Shown here piece after piece: positions 1-21,789 of a stretch of 64,000 nt of DNA. The stretch is taken from NCBI RefSeq assembly GCF_009914755.1, contig NC_060934.1; one strand, given 5' to 3'. This DNA is from the human T2T-CHM13v2.0 reference genome, Homo sapiens. Below the pieces are notes generated by a model. That model saw only the letters and a list, made by a program, of their open reading frames with translations, did no database searches and was not told the DNA's origin. The stretch's first letter is position 1, and every line of letters begins with the position of its first letter. Position numbers and translations under genes: made by a program.

Positions 1-402
1 ACGAAGCTGCCATGTGCAATGATCTGGACCTTTCTATCTTCATCAAGCTCATGGCTGTTCCAGACCATGCTGCGCTGTATATAGAACTTAAACCAAAGGC
101 TTCTGAGCAAGAAAGGTGTGTAAACTGGGGCTAAGAAATGTGCCAGAGGAGAATTTTGTTTTAAATCTTTCATATGGAACAACTTTAAGTCACTGAGCAG
201 ACTTCAATGTGTTCCATTCTTCAATGTTTGAGTACAGCCTGAAAGGACCAATAACGTCATCGATTTCCTGCTAAGAAGAGAGAAGGAGCGGCAGGACTGG
301 GGGATCTTAACTTTTCACTTCATACCCACCTGGACACATGAATTTTCTTTTCTTTATCTTAACAATAAGCATGTACTAATTCAATAACTTAAGATAATTT
401 TA

Positions 403-1200
<798 letters not shown>

Positions 1201-2222
1201 AAGTCAAAGAAGTTGGGGTAGGGGCAGCAGGGGGAGTCAGATCTAAGGAAATAAGGCTGTAGTTATCAGTGACTTTTTAACACCAGGGCATTGAACGCTC
1301 ATAGACTGCTTGGCAGCGCAGCTCAGAGAGGTAGCAGAGTATTTGCCCAAAGCCCCATGTTACAGATGGGGACTCAGAAGCCACAGTAAGAAACAGAACC
1401 CTCCTGGGGTCAGACAGCGGCAGGGCTGGACTAGAATCCCCCACTTCTGCCTCTGGTGCTCAGGGCCAAGCTCATGCATGCACTGTGATAACAGTGATGA
1501 ATCTGGCATCTCCATATCCAGGGAGTGATGGGCAGGGGGAGAGGGGGAAGGGGGGAGAGGGGAGGGGCAGAGCTCAGGCCACTCCCACTCACCATACAAA
1601 TGGTGAGCCACAGTCAGGAGGTCAGGGTTTCACGGCTGACTTTCTAATAACGGAGCTGGCTCTGCACCAAGCCATCCGCCTTCTCTTGCCCAACTGGTAT
1701 GGGACGGGCACAGCCCTGAACTAGGGACCTGAGCCAAGGGGCTCAGGCTGTAAGAGGTCCAAGCCTTACCAGCCCAACCAGCACATTCTATAAACAGCCA
1801 CTGTTCACATCCCTGCAATTAAACTGTCTACCACAGCCTCGGGGCCTGACCCAGCCAGTCCCTCCCAACTGAACTTTCACCACCCCCTCATGTGCTACAT
1901 TCCTACAATGCTGACCCCCTAACGCACCTGCTGCCCCTGCCTCGGGGCCTTTGCGCTCACCTCTCCTTGGAAGGTCCCGGCTCCCAGGTCCTCTCATCCA
2001 GATCCCGCTTGCCATTCAGATCCCAGTCACCTCTCCAGGGAGCCCTCCTTGAGCACAGACCCTAGCAGGCCTCTTCCAGTACCTCTCAGCTCATCCCCTG
2101 TTGCATTTCCTTCTTAGCATTGATCTTTCTCTGCCCTCCGTGTGGGGGCAGATGCTGATTTCCCTGTTGTACACACAGTTCCTAGCACAGTCCCTGGTAC
2201 AGAGTAGGGCCTCAGTTCATAA

Positions 2223-6270
<4,048 letters not shown>

Positions 6271-7099
6271 AAAAACACAGAACCAAAAGCGAAATGGTAG
6301 TTAGTGTTGTCATTACTGAGAATACCTAGAGCACAGAGGTCAGTACAGGTTCGCAACCCTGGCTGCACTTTCAAGTGCCCTAGGGAGCTCTGACAAGATT
6401 CTGAGGTCCAGGGTGGGGTCGATATCCTCATATGGCTACAGTCACAAAAACTGCCTTTTCACCATACATTCCACTCCCTTTCCCAGCGCAAATCAATGCC
6501 CATGCGTCCTTCCGACTGGCTCAAATTCACCACTTCCAGGAGGCCCTCCGCAAGTCTCCTTCAATAGCCAAATGTGAATCAGAATTCACATGGAATATGC
6601 TGCCCAATGCTAACCTTTTCATTATGCCTCAGGGGCTACATGATGAACTATTAATAGCTTACAGCATTAGGCCACCAGAAGTATGTGGAGGTGTCTGGAT
6701 ATTTGCACAGAAACAGCCTGCCACTTTGAGTTCTCCTGCTTGCTTTCTGGAGTTTTCCGTCTATTCTTACCTTCAGCAATTATAGGTTGCTTTCTCAGTA
6801 CAGGCTCCTCAAATAGCTCCAGCCTCCCCTCTAATCTGGACTGAGAAGGCAGATAAACTGGTCTAAACTGTGTGTAGACCAAGATTAAACAGGCCTGGGG
6901 GGACTCCTGTGGGGCAAATCTCAAGCTTAGAATTCTGGTCCCCACTCTCCCCAACCATGGCCCCTCAGTGTACCTCGGTCTGCCCGGCCGTATGAGATGG
7001 TTTCCAGGGAGTCTAACATCGGGTGTTTCAGTAAATTCTTCCAGGCCTGGAATTAATGTAGGTTTTCAAATCAAGGTGCAGGCAGGGAAGTCGGGTTAC

Positions 7100-7243
7100 C
7101 TGGTCCTGGAGTTTCTGGAACATCAGAGGGTGCGGTTCTTCCAGGATCTTCTCGTTGAGCCGAGACTGCCCCTCCACGTTGACCTGTGATGAGGCCTTGC
7201 TGGACAGAAAGGTCATGTAGATCTCCTTTGCCTTTTCCTGCAT
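7100..7243 (-). CDS. RGS10: RGS10 exon 4 ([48 protein letters not shown])
   Basis: Acceptor TCTCCTCCAG|ATG, donor CAG|GTAACC; 144 nt, phase 0-0; visible inside ORF 7028..7363; RGS motif A..IY..FL.....QVN. Confidence 0.98.
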
Positions 7244-9259
7244 CTGGAGGAGACAGATGGGGCCTTGTGCTATCTGCACACACAGCCTTCCCGGCCTGAG
7301 CCCTGCTCTCCCCTCCAGCCAGGCCCACAGGAGCTGCTGTGGCAAGAGAAAGGCACCCCCCACAGCCCAGGGGCTCTCAGGCCACTCCAGAGAGAATTTC
7401 TATATGGGAGAGCCTGCACTGCCAAGCCCCTACCCCCGCCCCTTCATGCGCCTGCAGCCACTTCTCCTGGAACAAAATTGCTGCATTAACCATTCAGAAG
7501 TGATGACAGAAAGAATCCTGGCCCGCAGAGAGCACTCAGTACCATTTACAGCCATCCTGTGGCCGGGCACAGTGGCTCATGCCTGTAATCCCAGCACTTT
7601 GGGAAGCCGAGGCAGATTGATCACCTGAGGTCAGGAGTTCGAGAGCAGCCTGGCCAACATGGTGAAACCCCATCTCTAGTAAAAAGACAAAAATTAGCCA
7701 GGCGTGGTGGTGCAAACCTGTAATCTCAGCTACTCAGGAGGCTGAGGCAGGAGAATTGCTTGAACCCAGGAAAGAGAGGTTGCAGTGAGCTGAGATTGCA
7801 CCACTGAACTCCAGCCTGGGTGACAGAGTGAGACTGTCTCTCAAAAAAAAAAAAAAAAAAATCAAGTTAAAGTATGCACACCTACTATCCCTACCAGTTA
7901 TTAAGCGCCCACTGGGCTGCAGGCACCTGCTTGGAGGGATCCCATTTCCTTAATCCCCTGGACATGCAGCAAAGGGCATTTTCTTGTTAGCCCCACTTTC
8001 CCCATGAGGACACAGAGGTCAGGAGAGGTGGCATGGCTTATCTGAGAGCTTCCGGGAGCCTTAGGACTGTTTGGCTCCAAGGCCTCTGAATTCTGCTCAG
8101 TTCCACTTCCGCAAGACACATTGGCCCCTCCAGGTTGTGCGGTATGCGGCCTTCCCAGGCAGGGTGCATTTCCTTTTAGCTAACGAGATACTGAGCACAG
8201 CAGTGGAGAAAACACTCGCTGCCCGCCCTCAAGTCCCGAGTGCAGTCCTGCTGGGAAGCAGGAGCCGTGAGTAGGTACCGGCTTCCTGTTTCACCCGAAA
8301 CTAACCGAGGCTGGCTCAGGAGCACTCACTGATGGTAAGGAGATGACTTCACAGTGAGAACTGTGTCTTCAGGACAGGCGCCTCAGGGCGGGGCTGCAGG
8401 CGCAGGAGCCCTCTCCTCCAGAACTTCCCCTGAGGGCTCGATTTTCTTTTAGAGAAAGGAGACTTCCTGTGCTCATACCTCGCCAACAGCAAAAGCGGGG
8501 CTGTTTCTCTGAACGTTAGAGTCTAAAGCATGACCTTACCCTACAGAGCAAGGCAGACAACAAATGCCTCTAAAATGCAGCCACACAGCTATGACATGTG
8601 TGTGGGGGGCCTGGAAAACTGCCTTTCTCTCCAAGAGCCCAACTGGGGCTCCGCATGTGCTGTGGGGCTTGGTTTGGGAAATCCCAAGCTCTGCAAACCT
8701 TCTGCCCTTAAGGAAACCACCAGAAGGTTTTGATAGCTGGGGCATGAAAGGAAGGAAGGGTAGCCCTTTTTTAGTTCAGGGCACTGGGGACAAAAGATCC
8801 TGAGAAGCCACGGCCTGGCCATGTCCTGTTCTGCGAGAAAGCAAGCCTCACCAGCACTTGCAGGGAGACGGCCCAGGTTGGGTGAACACCGAAAGCCATG
8901 CTGTCCACCCTGTCTTCACTGTCAATAGGAGCAATGAATCGATGCCAGACTCAGTGACACAGGAGTCTCTCCAGACAAGCGTGGCTATCTAAGGGACAGG
9001 TCTGGGGGCCATCCTCGAGACCCAAGGGGGTGGCACTTAGGAGCTGGCCCTGCTGTCCTCTCCAAGACCCACCAGCTCCATGAAGCCACAGCCTCCCTCC
9101 ACCACCCCCATTCCGTCAGGAAGCAACCCTTTTGGAAAACCACTTCCTGTTTTAAAGCCACTTCATGAAAGGAGAATTTCGGCCAGGCAGATGAGCAAAC
9201 TCCATGCAGAGGTCTGGGGGCAGAAATCACTTTAGACCTCCCCTCCTCCCCTTGACATT

Positions 9260-9311
9260 CACACGCACACACACACGCACACACGTGCACACACGCACAC
9301 ACATACACACA
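9260..9311. repeat. Imperfect (CA)n/(CG) alternating purine-pyrimidine tract
   Basis: CACACGCACACACACACGCAC... read directly. Confidence 0.9.
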
Positions 9312-10037
9312 TGAATCCAGGATATCTTGAGTGATTCTGAAATAGAGAAGTGCAATGAATGGCTTGAGTCTTTGAGGTGGGGCAGAAGAGGCCGGGGGAG
9401 AGGAAGTAGGTTCCAGTGACTGCAGGTATATAAGCTTTGAGGGTCTCAGCCCTGCCCTCTTCCACCGGCTGTCCCTCCTGAGTCTGCGTGAGAACAATGT
9501 GGGGTTCAAGGCCCTGGCTGACCAGATGCCCACTGTGAGCAGCTGCAGGGCTCAGCTTATCTCGGCGGAGCTAGGAAGTATGACTGAAAAGGGAAACCCT
9601 GAGACGGCGACCACAAGCCAGTCACGGGAAGGCCTGGTGTCTAGGCCGAGAACATGAGCAGAAAAGAAGAAACAGTCTGTGGAGCTATTTTGATAGATTT
9701 TTCCAGAGCTTTGTTAACCCTATTCTAGCTACTGTCCGGGTAGGAACAGAGCTGGTGGAGTTGATTCTGTGTCTGTGGCCTGGAAGGATGGCCGACTTCT
9801 CTTCCACGGCCCTGACACATGTGGCTGGCCACAGCCTGGACCAGAGAGCCCCTTTCTCCCTGGGGAGACCTGAAGTGTCCAGCATCTGAGGCTGTCCTGG
9901 CAGGTGCTGGAGAGGGCCCCACCTTGGCCCATCAACTCGGGGACTGCCCAGGAAGCACCTGCACCCCAGTGAGCACCTTCCAGGCACCCCACAAGGCTGA
10001 GGCCCTTCTTCGAGGCCCAGCAGTGGCTCAACTGTGA

Positions 10038-10535
<498 letters not shown>

Positions 10536-10858
10536 TGATCCACCTGCCTCAGCCTCCCAAAGTGCTAGGATTACAGGCGTGAGCCACCGTGCCTAGTCTC
10601 CAATTCCTTTTTGAAATCTCTTAAAAGAAAAGCATGCACCCCTGCCTCCATTGTCCCTCCCATTCATTCCTCACGCTACACACAGGCTTCCGCCCAGCCA
10701 GCGCTGCTCCACCAGCCGGCTGACGCTGCCCAGGCAGCGAGGCCTCTCAGACCTTCCTCTGGAGTGAGCTGGCCCCAGCCCTGCTCAGCATTGCAACTTT
10801 CTTCTCTTCCCGCTTCCCTCACCTTGTAAGAGCCCTGTCCTCTCAGGATCCCCAACAC

Positions 10859-11404
10859 CTCCCTGTGTCTGTCCCCCAGCTCCTGTCTCCCTGTGTCTGT
10901 CCCCCAGCTCCTGTCTCCCTGTCTGTCCCCAGCTCCTGTCTCCCTGTATCTGTCCCCCAGCTCCTGTCTCCCTGTATCTGTCCCCCAGCTCCTGTCTCCC
11001 TGTGTCTGTCTCCCAGCTTCTGTCTCCCTGTCTGTCCCCCAGCTCCTGTCTCCCTGTATCTGTCCCCCAGCTCCTGTCTCCCTGTCTCCCAGCTCCTGTC
11101 TCCCTGTCTGTCCCCCAGCTCCTGTCTCCCTGTCTGTCCCCCAGCTCCTGTCTCCCTGTGTCTGTCTCCCAGCTTCTGTCTCCCTATCTGTCCCCCAGCT
11201 CCTGTCTCCCTGTATCTGTCTCCCAGCTCCTGTCTCCCTGTCTGTCTCCCAGCTCCTGTCTCCCTGTCTGCCCCCCAGCTCCTGTCTCCCTGTGTCTGTC
11301 CCCCAGCTCCTGTCTCCCTGTCTGTCCCCCAGCTCCTGTCTCCCTGTGTCTGTCTCCCAGCTTCTGTCTCCCTGTCTGTCCCCCAGCTCCTGTCTCCCTG
11401 TCCC
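10859..11404. repeat. Minisatellite/VNTR, ~20 units of 24-28 bp, consensus CCCAGCTCCTGTCTCCCTGT(G/A)TCTGTC(C/T)
   Basis: Tandem array read directly in RGS10 intron 3; it produces the repetitive ORFs at 10676-11732. Confidence 0.97.
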
Positions 11405-12299
11405 CTCCGTGAATTCTGGGGTTTCCCAGACTTCTGTCCTTGGTGACAACTCTAACTCCATGTCCCCCCCAGATTTCAGACCAACCCTCCCCCAAGCTAC
11501 TGACCCATGTAGCCAGTTGGTTTCTAGCAATGTGGGCATGGACATCCCACTGACACCTTGAATTAACACAAAGGAACAGAGTGGTCCCCTTCTGGCTGGC
11601 AGGCCCTGTAGCCCCTACTCTGGGAAGCTGGAAACTTCGATCCCCTGTAGCCACTCCCCACCCCCATCCCGTCTGCTGGCCTCCGGCTCCTCTCCACCCC
11701 GTCTTCTTCCAGAGATGGAATGTGGGAGACAATTCCTAGGACAATGAAAGGATCAAGACACTAACTTTACTAACATCAATTTCAGAAAGAGAATGAGGCA
11801 AAGAAAATATCCAATAAATGATATGAGAATATTTTCAAGAACTGGCTCAGGAAATGAGAAGCAGTCGGAGACACAGCAGATGACTCTGCAGAGACCCAGA
11901 AGAATGAAGCCAAGCCCCTGAACAGGTGGGGAGGGGGTGCCAACGAGAAGCGCGTCCGGAGACGGCAGGAGCTCGAGGGCATCAGGTAGCCCAGACGGAA
12001 TTGATGAGGGCGGCAGAAAGAAGCCATCAGACCCCCAGGTCCTCCACCCCAGGTCCTGCTCCAAACTTGAGCAGTCAGGTGGCTCCCCCGCCACCTTCAA
12101 CAGAAGAGTTGAGTTTTCTTATCTAAAGAAACAGACCCAGGGAGGCTCCGGAACAGAGAGGCACAGAGGACGGCAAGAATGAGACGCCGAACCGAATAAA
12201 GGGATTCAGGGAAATTCCAAATATAGACCCCCCGCGCCAGCAAAATTCTCCTGACACAGTTAATTAGAAATATGTTTAGTTCAGGAACATATCAGGCTT

Positions 12300-14030
<1,731 letters not shown>

Positions 14031-14210
14031 GAACTGGCCAGGCGCGGTGGCTCACGTCTGTAGTCCCAGCACTTTGAAAGGCCGAGGCGGGTGGATCATC
14101 TGAGGTCAGGAGTTTGAGACCAACCTCGCCAACATGGTGAAACCCATCTCTACTAAAAATACAAAAATTAGCTGGGCATGGTGGCACATGCCTGTAATCC
14201 CAGCTACTCA

Positions 14211-14315
<105 letters not shown>

Positions 14316-14497
14316 TCAAAAAAAAAAAAAAAAAACAAAGACATTCAGTTAGGCGACTTCTCCCAGTGCCTATGTTCCTCCACACTTTTTGTAGTAATTT
14401 AGAGCTTACTCCCTGGTTTTACTTCCTAGGCAGCGGGACTCACTAGGGAATGCCTGGAGTCAGAAATGTGGCTCTGAATTCTTTTTTTTTTTGTTGA

Positions 14498-14893
<396 letters not shown>

Positions 14894-14950
14894 TGACGGG
14901 AGGGTGGCATTCATTGCTCTAAAGCAATTGCCGGGTGCATTCCAGGCTTA

Positions 14951-15100
<150 letters not shown>

Positions 15101-15103
15101 TCA

Positions 15104-15559
<456 letters not shown>

Positions 15560-16593
15560 TCAGCCCTTCTGGTCTTCCCTCAGCTCTTGTCGCCAGCCCT
15601 GCCTGCCCACACACTGTCCCTGCTCCCGGGAACCCCCTCCCAATCTCAATGCCAAGTCTCAGCTAAAAAGCCACTTCCCCTGGATCCCTCCCCGTTGCCC
15701 ACGCCTTGCTCCCACGACACATGTGCTTCCCATCTCTACACTCATTGCACTTGCACAGGCTTGCTCCCCTTGAGGTGCCCGTTCCCTGGAGCCGCTCACC
15801 TGTCCTGTCCCTGGGCTGCCTTCCTGTTCAGTGCTGGGCACCAAGCAGGCACTTCACAAAGATTTGGGGAATTCAACTGAACGGAGGCACAGAGCAGCAT
15901 GGTGGTGCAGACAACAACGGGTGACTTCAGGGAGCTAGTTCAAGTCCTAGCTCTGCCACGGTGCGGGGACCTCACTTCCTTGTCTACACTGCAGGGGCGG
16001 ACCGGCCCACCCACAGGCCCCTCCTACCTCTAACACTCAAAAGAATAAGGCAGGGGAATGGACATCTGTTGGCTTGCTTGACTCTGAGCTAGGATTTTAT
16101 GGTGAGGCTGGTCGCAGCGGTGGCACAGTCTAGCATTTATCGATGGTGGTCCCCAGGCCCTGTCCTCGGTGCTGGAGACAAAGGACAACAATGAGGCTCT
16201 TGTTCTGAAGGCCCTCAGCCTGAATCCTAGCATCCCAAAGCATCCCCCACCACCTGCTTCTCACTTTCCCCTGGGGCCCCTCTCTGCCCAGGAGGCTCCG
16301 GCCAACGTCATCCAGAGGAGAGAAAAAGCCAGAAAGCAAAATCCAAGGGTCCCGCCCAGTAACAGCTTTCGAGGTGGGCCTGGGAAGTTCAAGCCAAAGA
16401 GAATCCATCTTAGAATACTCCCTTGCCACCTCCAGAGAGGAAGGTGGTGGAGAAAAGGCCGCGCTGCGCCATCCAGGAGGATGGGTGTCTGCGCCCGGAA
16501 AGGCCTTTGAATAAACCCATGATATACATTTTCCAAGCAGTTGTCTGCAAACGCTTCACGGCTTCTGGCCCATAGATTCCAGCTTTTGGAGAC

Positions 16594-16760
16594 GAGGCCT
16601 CAAAAACTGGCAACGCGCAAGCTGCATCTGCCCATGGGTATGTTTTGTTTGGTAGGCAAGGTTTTAAATTTTTTTTTAATTAGTTCCAACATTTAAAAAT
16701 CATCTGGTTTCACGTAAGGATCCAAATGTCCAGCTTCTTTAGAAAAACAGGCGGTACTAG
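16594..16760. mobile_element. MER103-like DNA transposon remnant
   Basis: CCAACATTTAAAAATC..TTTCACGTAAGGATCCAAATGTCCAGCTTCTTTAGAAAAA. Confidence 0.45.
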
Positions 16761-17630
16761 GTGGAATATAAGACATGCCTTGGGAAGAAAGTCCACCAGG
16801 GTCGCAGGGCAAGCAAAGATCTAGGAGATCACCATCAGTAAGCTGGCGGAGACGGAACCTGAAGCAGGGGAAGCCCAGACAGCCACAGGCCCTGAACCAC
16901 CAGCTGCAGCCTGTGCAGGCAGACAGAACGTCCTTAGCTGGCCCCAGTCCCCAACACTCCCTCCAGCCTCACACCAGGAGCCTCCTTCATTCACATGACT
17001 TACTGGCTCCTGCAGGCATTTAGCCAGCAGCCTCTTAGAAAGATACAGGGCCAGGCCTCATAAACCCACCCAGGGCACAGGCCTCCTTCCCCATAATCTC
17101 ATCTACCCTCCCTCATACCCAACCAGCTGACACTGGGAATGAAGGCAAAGAGGACACATCTACCCAGGAGAACAATCAGAGGCTTTCTCTGCAGGATGCT
17201 CGCCAACTATGGGACGCTCAGTACGATACACTGAATAATTGACAATCCCTCTGATGCACCTTGTGCTTTTATCATTACACATCTGCGTATCGTTTTACCA
17301 CGTCCAAAATGCTAACATGTCAAAATGTGGGGAAAACATCCTCATAACTTATTCATGAAGAAAAAAATTCTATGCAATGAGGAACTCTAAGTGACATAAA
17401 TTGTTATTTTTATTTTAAATATTGGTCCATTTGAACAGCTCCATTTAAAAATGGATTAACTCACCCTTTTAAAAATGATTAATATTTGATCAACACAAGA
17501 TACCTAATCTGAAGCTTAAATCTTCCCCCAAAACTAATATGAATCAGGTTTCTTTAGGCAACTTCAGAATCTATTGGAAAGGCAGTTGTAACTTTATAAG
17601 GGAAAAAAATTATCAGAGTGGAGGAAATAC

Positions 17631-17717
17631 CTGCGTCTTATCTTGCATTTTCTTAAAATCTTCACATGCTAGCCAAAACAAAACATTTTCTTCACTGAAT
17701 TCCTTTTTTAAAAATTC
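17631..17717 (-). CDS. RGS10: RGS10 exon 3 ([29 protein letters not shown])
   Basis: Acceptor CACAG|GAA, donor CAG|GTATTT; 87 nt, phase 0-0; contains the RGS hallmark EFSEEN..FW.ACE.FK. Confidence 0.98.
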
Positions 17718-18904
17718 CTGTGGATACAAAGAAAAAGAGTCACACAGTATTCTACTTTAAAAAAAAAATAAAACAAATGGCATTTCCCTTCAAAGACTGA
17801 TTTGGCAAAATTCAACAGAGGAGCATGGTTCAGTTACTCTTCGAAAACCCCACTCTGAAAAACAAATGAGTATGTTTAATGTTAAAGCTATAATTTCATA
17901 TGCATTTGACCTTAATGGTTTTGACATTGTAAAGAAGAGTACAAATGAAGCAGGAATGTACTCATATTTCTAAGCTGACAATAAATTACCAAAAAGTAAA
18001 TTAAAGTGGAAGATATGTTGGTTCCTTCCAGACAGTGTTTAAACAAAGTACATTCCTCTAAAATCAGGCTGTTTTTTAAACAAAAGAAAAGAAAGCACAT
18101 TAAGTATGTCTAAAGACACCATGATACAAACTATTTTAAGTTGGAGGTATGTGTGTTTTCTTATGGCCGATCTTGGGCAGTCCATGGCACAGCCAGCTAC
18201 TCTGCTGTGCAGAGACCTCCTGAGTTGCAAACACTGCTCACAGTGGCCTGGCGACCAGGAACTAGAAGCCTAGTACCACCTGCCACTCCCTCCCTGGGAG
18301 CTCCAACAGGCACCAACTGCATGAGGACTCATCCTATTCCTGACCCAAGACTTAAAGACAGAAGTAACCAGGACTCATTCTTGAAATTCACATATGGTCC
18401 TCCATCTGGCACCGGGGGCTTCTGCTGGTCAGAAAAGCTATTTCTAGATGGGATCAACAGTTCCCCATCCATCAGCCCTGCTCTCGGAGGTCCCTTCGCC
18501 AAGTTCGCATTGCCAGCCTCTCTTACTCTGTCAACAATGCATTCTGAGAATCCCCCAAGCACGAGAGAACAAGCCTTCACGTCAGAGAGACCCAGAGCTG
18601 GGAATTCCTCATACAGACTCCACCAATAGGCACGGTATCTTCTCTCTCCTCCCACCCTGTACCCCTCCCACCTCACTACACAAAAACCAGAAACAGGCTA
18701 CCCATCTGTGACAGCGTTGCCAACACAGTCATGACAGATGAGAAAGTCTCACCCTCAAGCTGGGATAGACAGTACTGAACTCTCAAGCTGGCATAGAGAG
18801 TGCTACGCTGACAGACAATGTTGAACTGGCCTATTTCTCCCCTGTGTGCATCTGAACTTCTGCACACACTGCATCCATCCCGATTAACAATGAAAAAGAC
18901 AAAC

Positions 18905-19023
18905 CCTAAATCTTTTCACGCCTTCTGGGTCTTCCAGCAGATTCTCCAGGGATGCCGCCCATTTGGCTGTGCTCTTGAGGCTCTGGTGGCTGCTGCTGGA
19001 ACTGCCATCGCTGTCGTGGATGT
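18905..19023 (-). CDS. RGS10: RGS10 exon 2 ((D)[39 protein letters not shown])
   Basis: Acceptor TTTGCTTTGCAG|AC, donor AGG|GTTTGT; 119 nt; encodes the start of the RGS domain (W..SLENLL..P.G...F). Confidence 0.97.
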
Positions 19024-19627
19024 CTGCAAAGCAAAGTTCAGACTGCATATGTGGCCAACAGACACTGTCATTTTAAGAAATCTGCATGCAATGGTCAGCA
19101 CTGCCATCACCATCACGGCTGACATACACCGACTTATGCGTCAGGCTCTGTTCTAGGTGCTTAACATGATGGACTCATTCTTGTCACACAACCCTGTAAG
19201 GCAGGCACTACTATTTCCTCCATTTTACAGATGGGGGTAAACTGAGGCTCGGAGGGATGAAGGGACCTGCTGTTTCCCACCAAATCCTTCCCCTACTCTT
19301 GTGTCCACTGGCCAATTCAGAGGCAGCCCTCAAGTCGCACTCAAACCCTCCTCCAAGAGAACCTTGATTCAACAGCAACTGCTTCCCCATGGCGCTTTGT
19401 GCACAGACTTAGAATTATGGTGCTGTGTTGTGACTATTTACATGACTGACTCCCACTAGTCTGAAGGCTCCTATGTGTCCTCATCTTGTATCTCCAGCAC
19501 CTAGCTCATTATCTGGCACAGAGATTAAAAAACTCATTGCAGGACGGGACCCACGTGATGGCGCAAAATGTCAGAGGGTTGCCAGAATACCCAGGCATCA
19601 AGATAAATGTCATTTCAGGCAATAGCT

Positions 19628-19978
<351 letters not shown>

Positions 19979-20162
19979 TGATGAACAAAATACCCAAATT
20001 TTAAATAAAGACAGGATCGGTTATGCTGATTTTTCCTTTTGCTTCAGAGTCCAATATGGCTCAGCATCACACTGTTATTTTTCCTGACTTTATTTAAACT
20101 TCGGATATTTGTTCATTACGGATGTTTCTGCATTAATTTTGATCTTTTAAAACACTGCATTA

Positions 20163-20479
<317 letters not shown>

Positions 20480-20854
20480 TCATTATCCTGATGCCTGAGG
20501 TTTTTGGCAACCCTCTTACATTTTGGTGCACAGAGAAAATGGATGAAAACTCTTTGCATCTGCACATCTTCCACTGTACTCTCTGACTCACAACACTGAG
20601 AAGTCTCCTGGGAGGAACAGGGAATCTCCAAATAACACACTTTGGCCACTTGCCTGTAGGAGGAGGGAACAATTAAAGCATGCTTCATTCTATGGCATGT
20701 GATCCCTTCCTGGAGTCAAGGAAGAACCATGGAATGTCACTTCAGATGGGGCCAGGTTCAAAACCCAGTTTCTGGCCGGGCACGGTGGCTCACGCCTGTA
20801 ATCCTAGCACTTTAGGGGGCTGAGGCGGGTGGATCACTTGAGGTCAGGAGTTCA

Positions 20855-21055
<201 letters not shown>

Positions 21056-21402
21056 TCAAACGAAACAAAACAAAACAAAACAAAAAACCCAGTTTCCCCA
21101 ATTCAAAACTATAGGATCTTGGGCAAAATTCTTGTGTATATTTGAAAATCATCCCCCATCTCTTGGGTTATCATAAGGATTCAAAAATGGAAGCACATCA
21201 GGCACCTAGCAGCACACTTGGGACACAGTAGATGCTCAACAAATGTGAGCTCCTTTCTTCCCATCTCTAAAATAACCATCTATCAAGCAAACTACTTCTA
21301 TAACTAACACTTTTTTCCCCATTGACTTTTTTTCTTTCCAAAGCTAGAGACATGTTTCTATAAAAAAAAGTTCAAATCTAGGAGAAAATAAACTTTTAAT
21401 TA

Positions 21403-21789
<387 letters not shown>

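Noticed and set aside
10676-11732. Long repetitive ORFs (up to 297 aa) or a CRISPR-like array
   Set aside because: A by-product of the stop-free VNTR; there are no unique spacers and the context is a eukaryotic intron.
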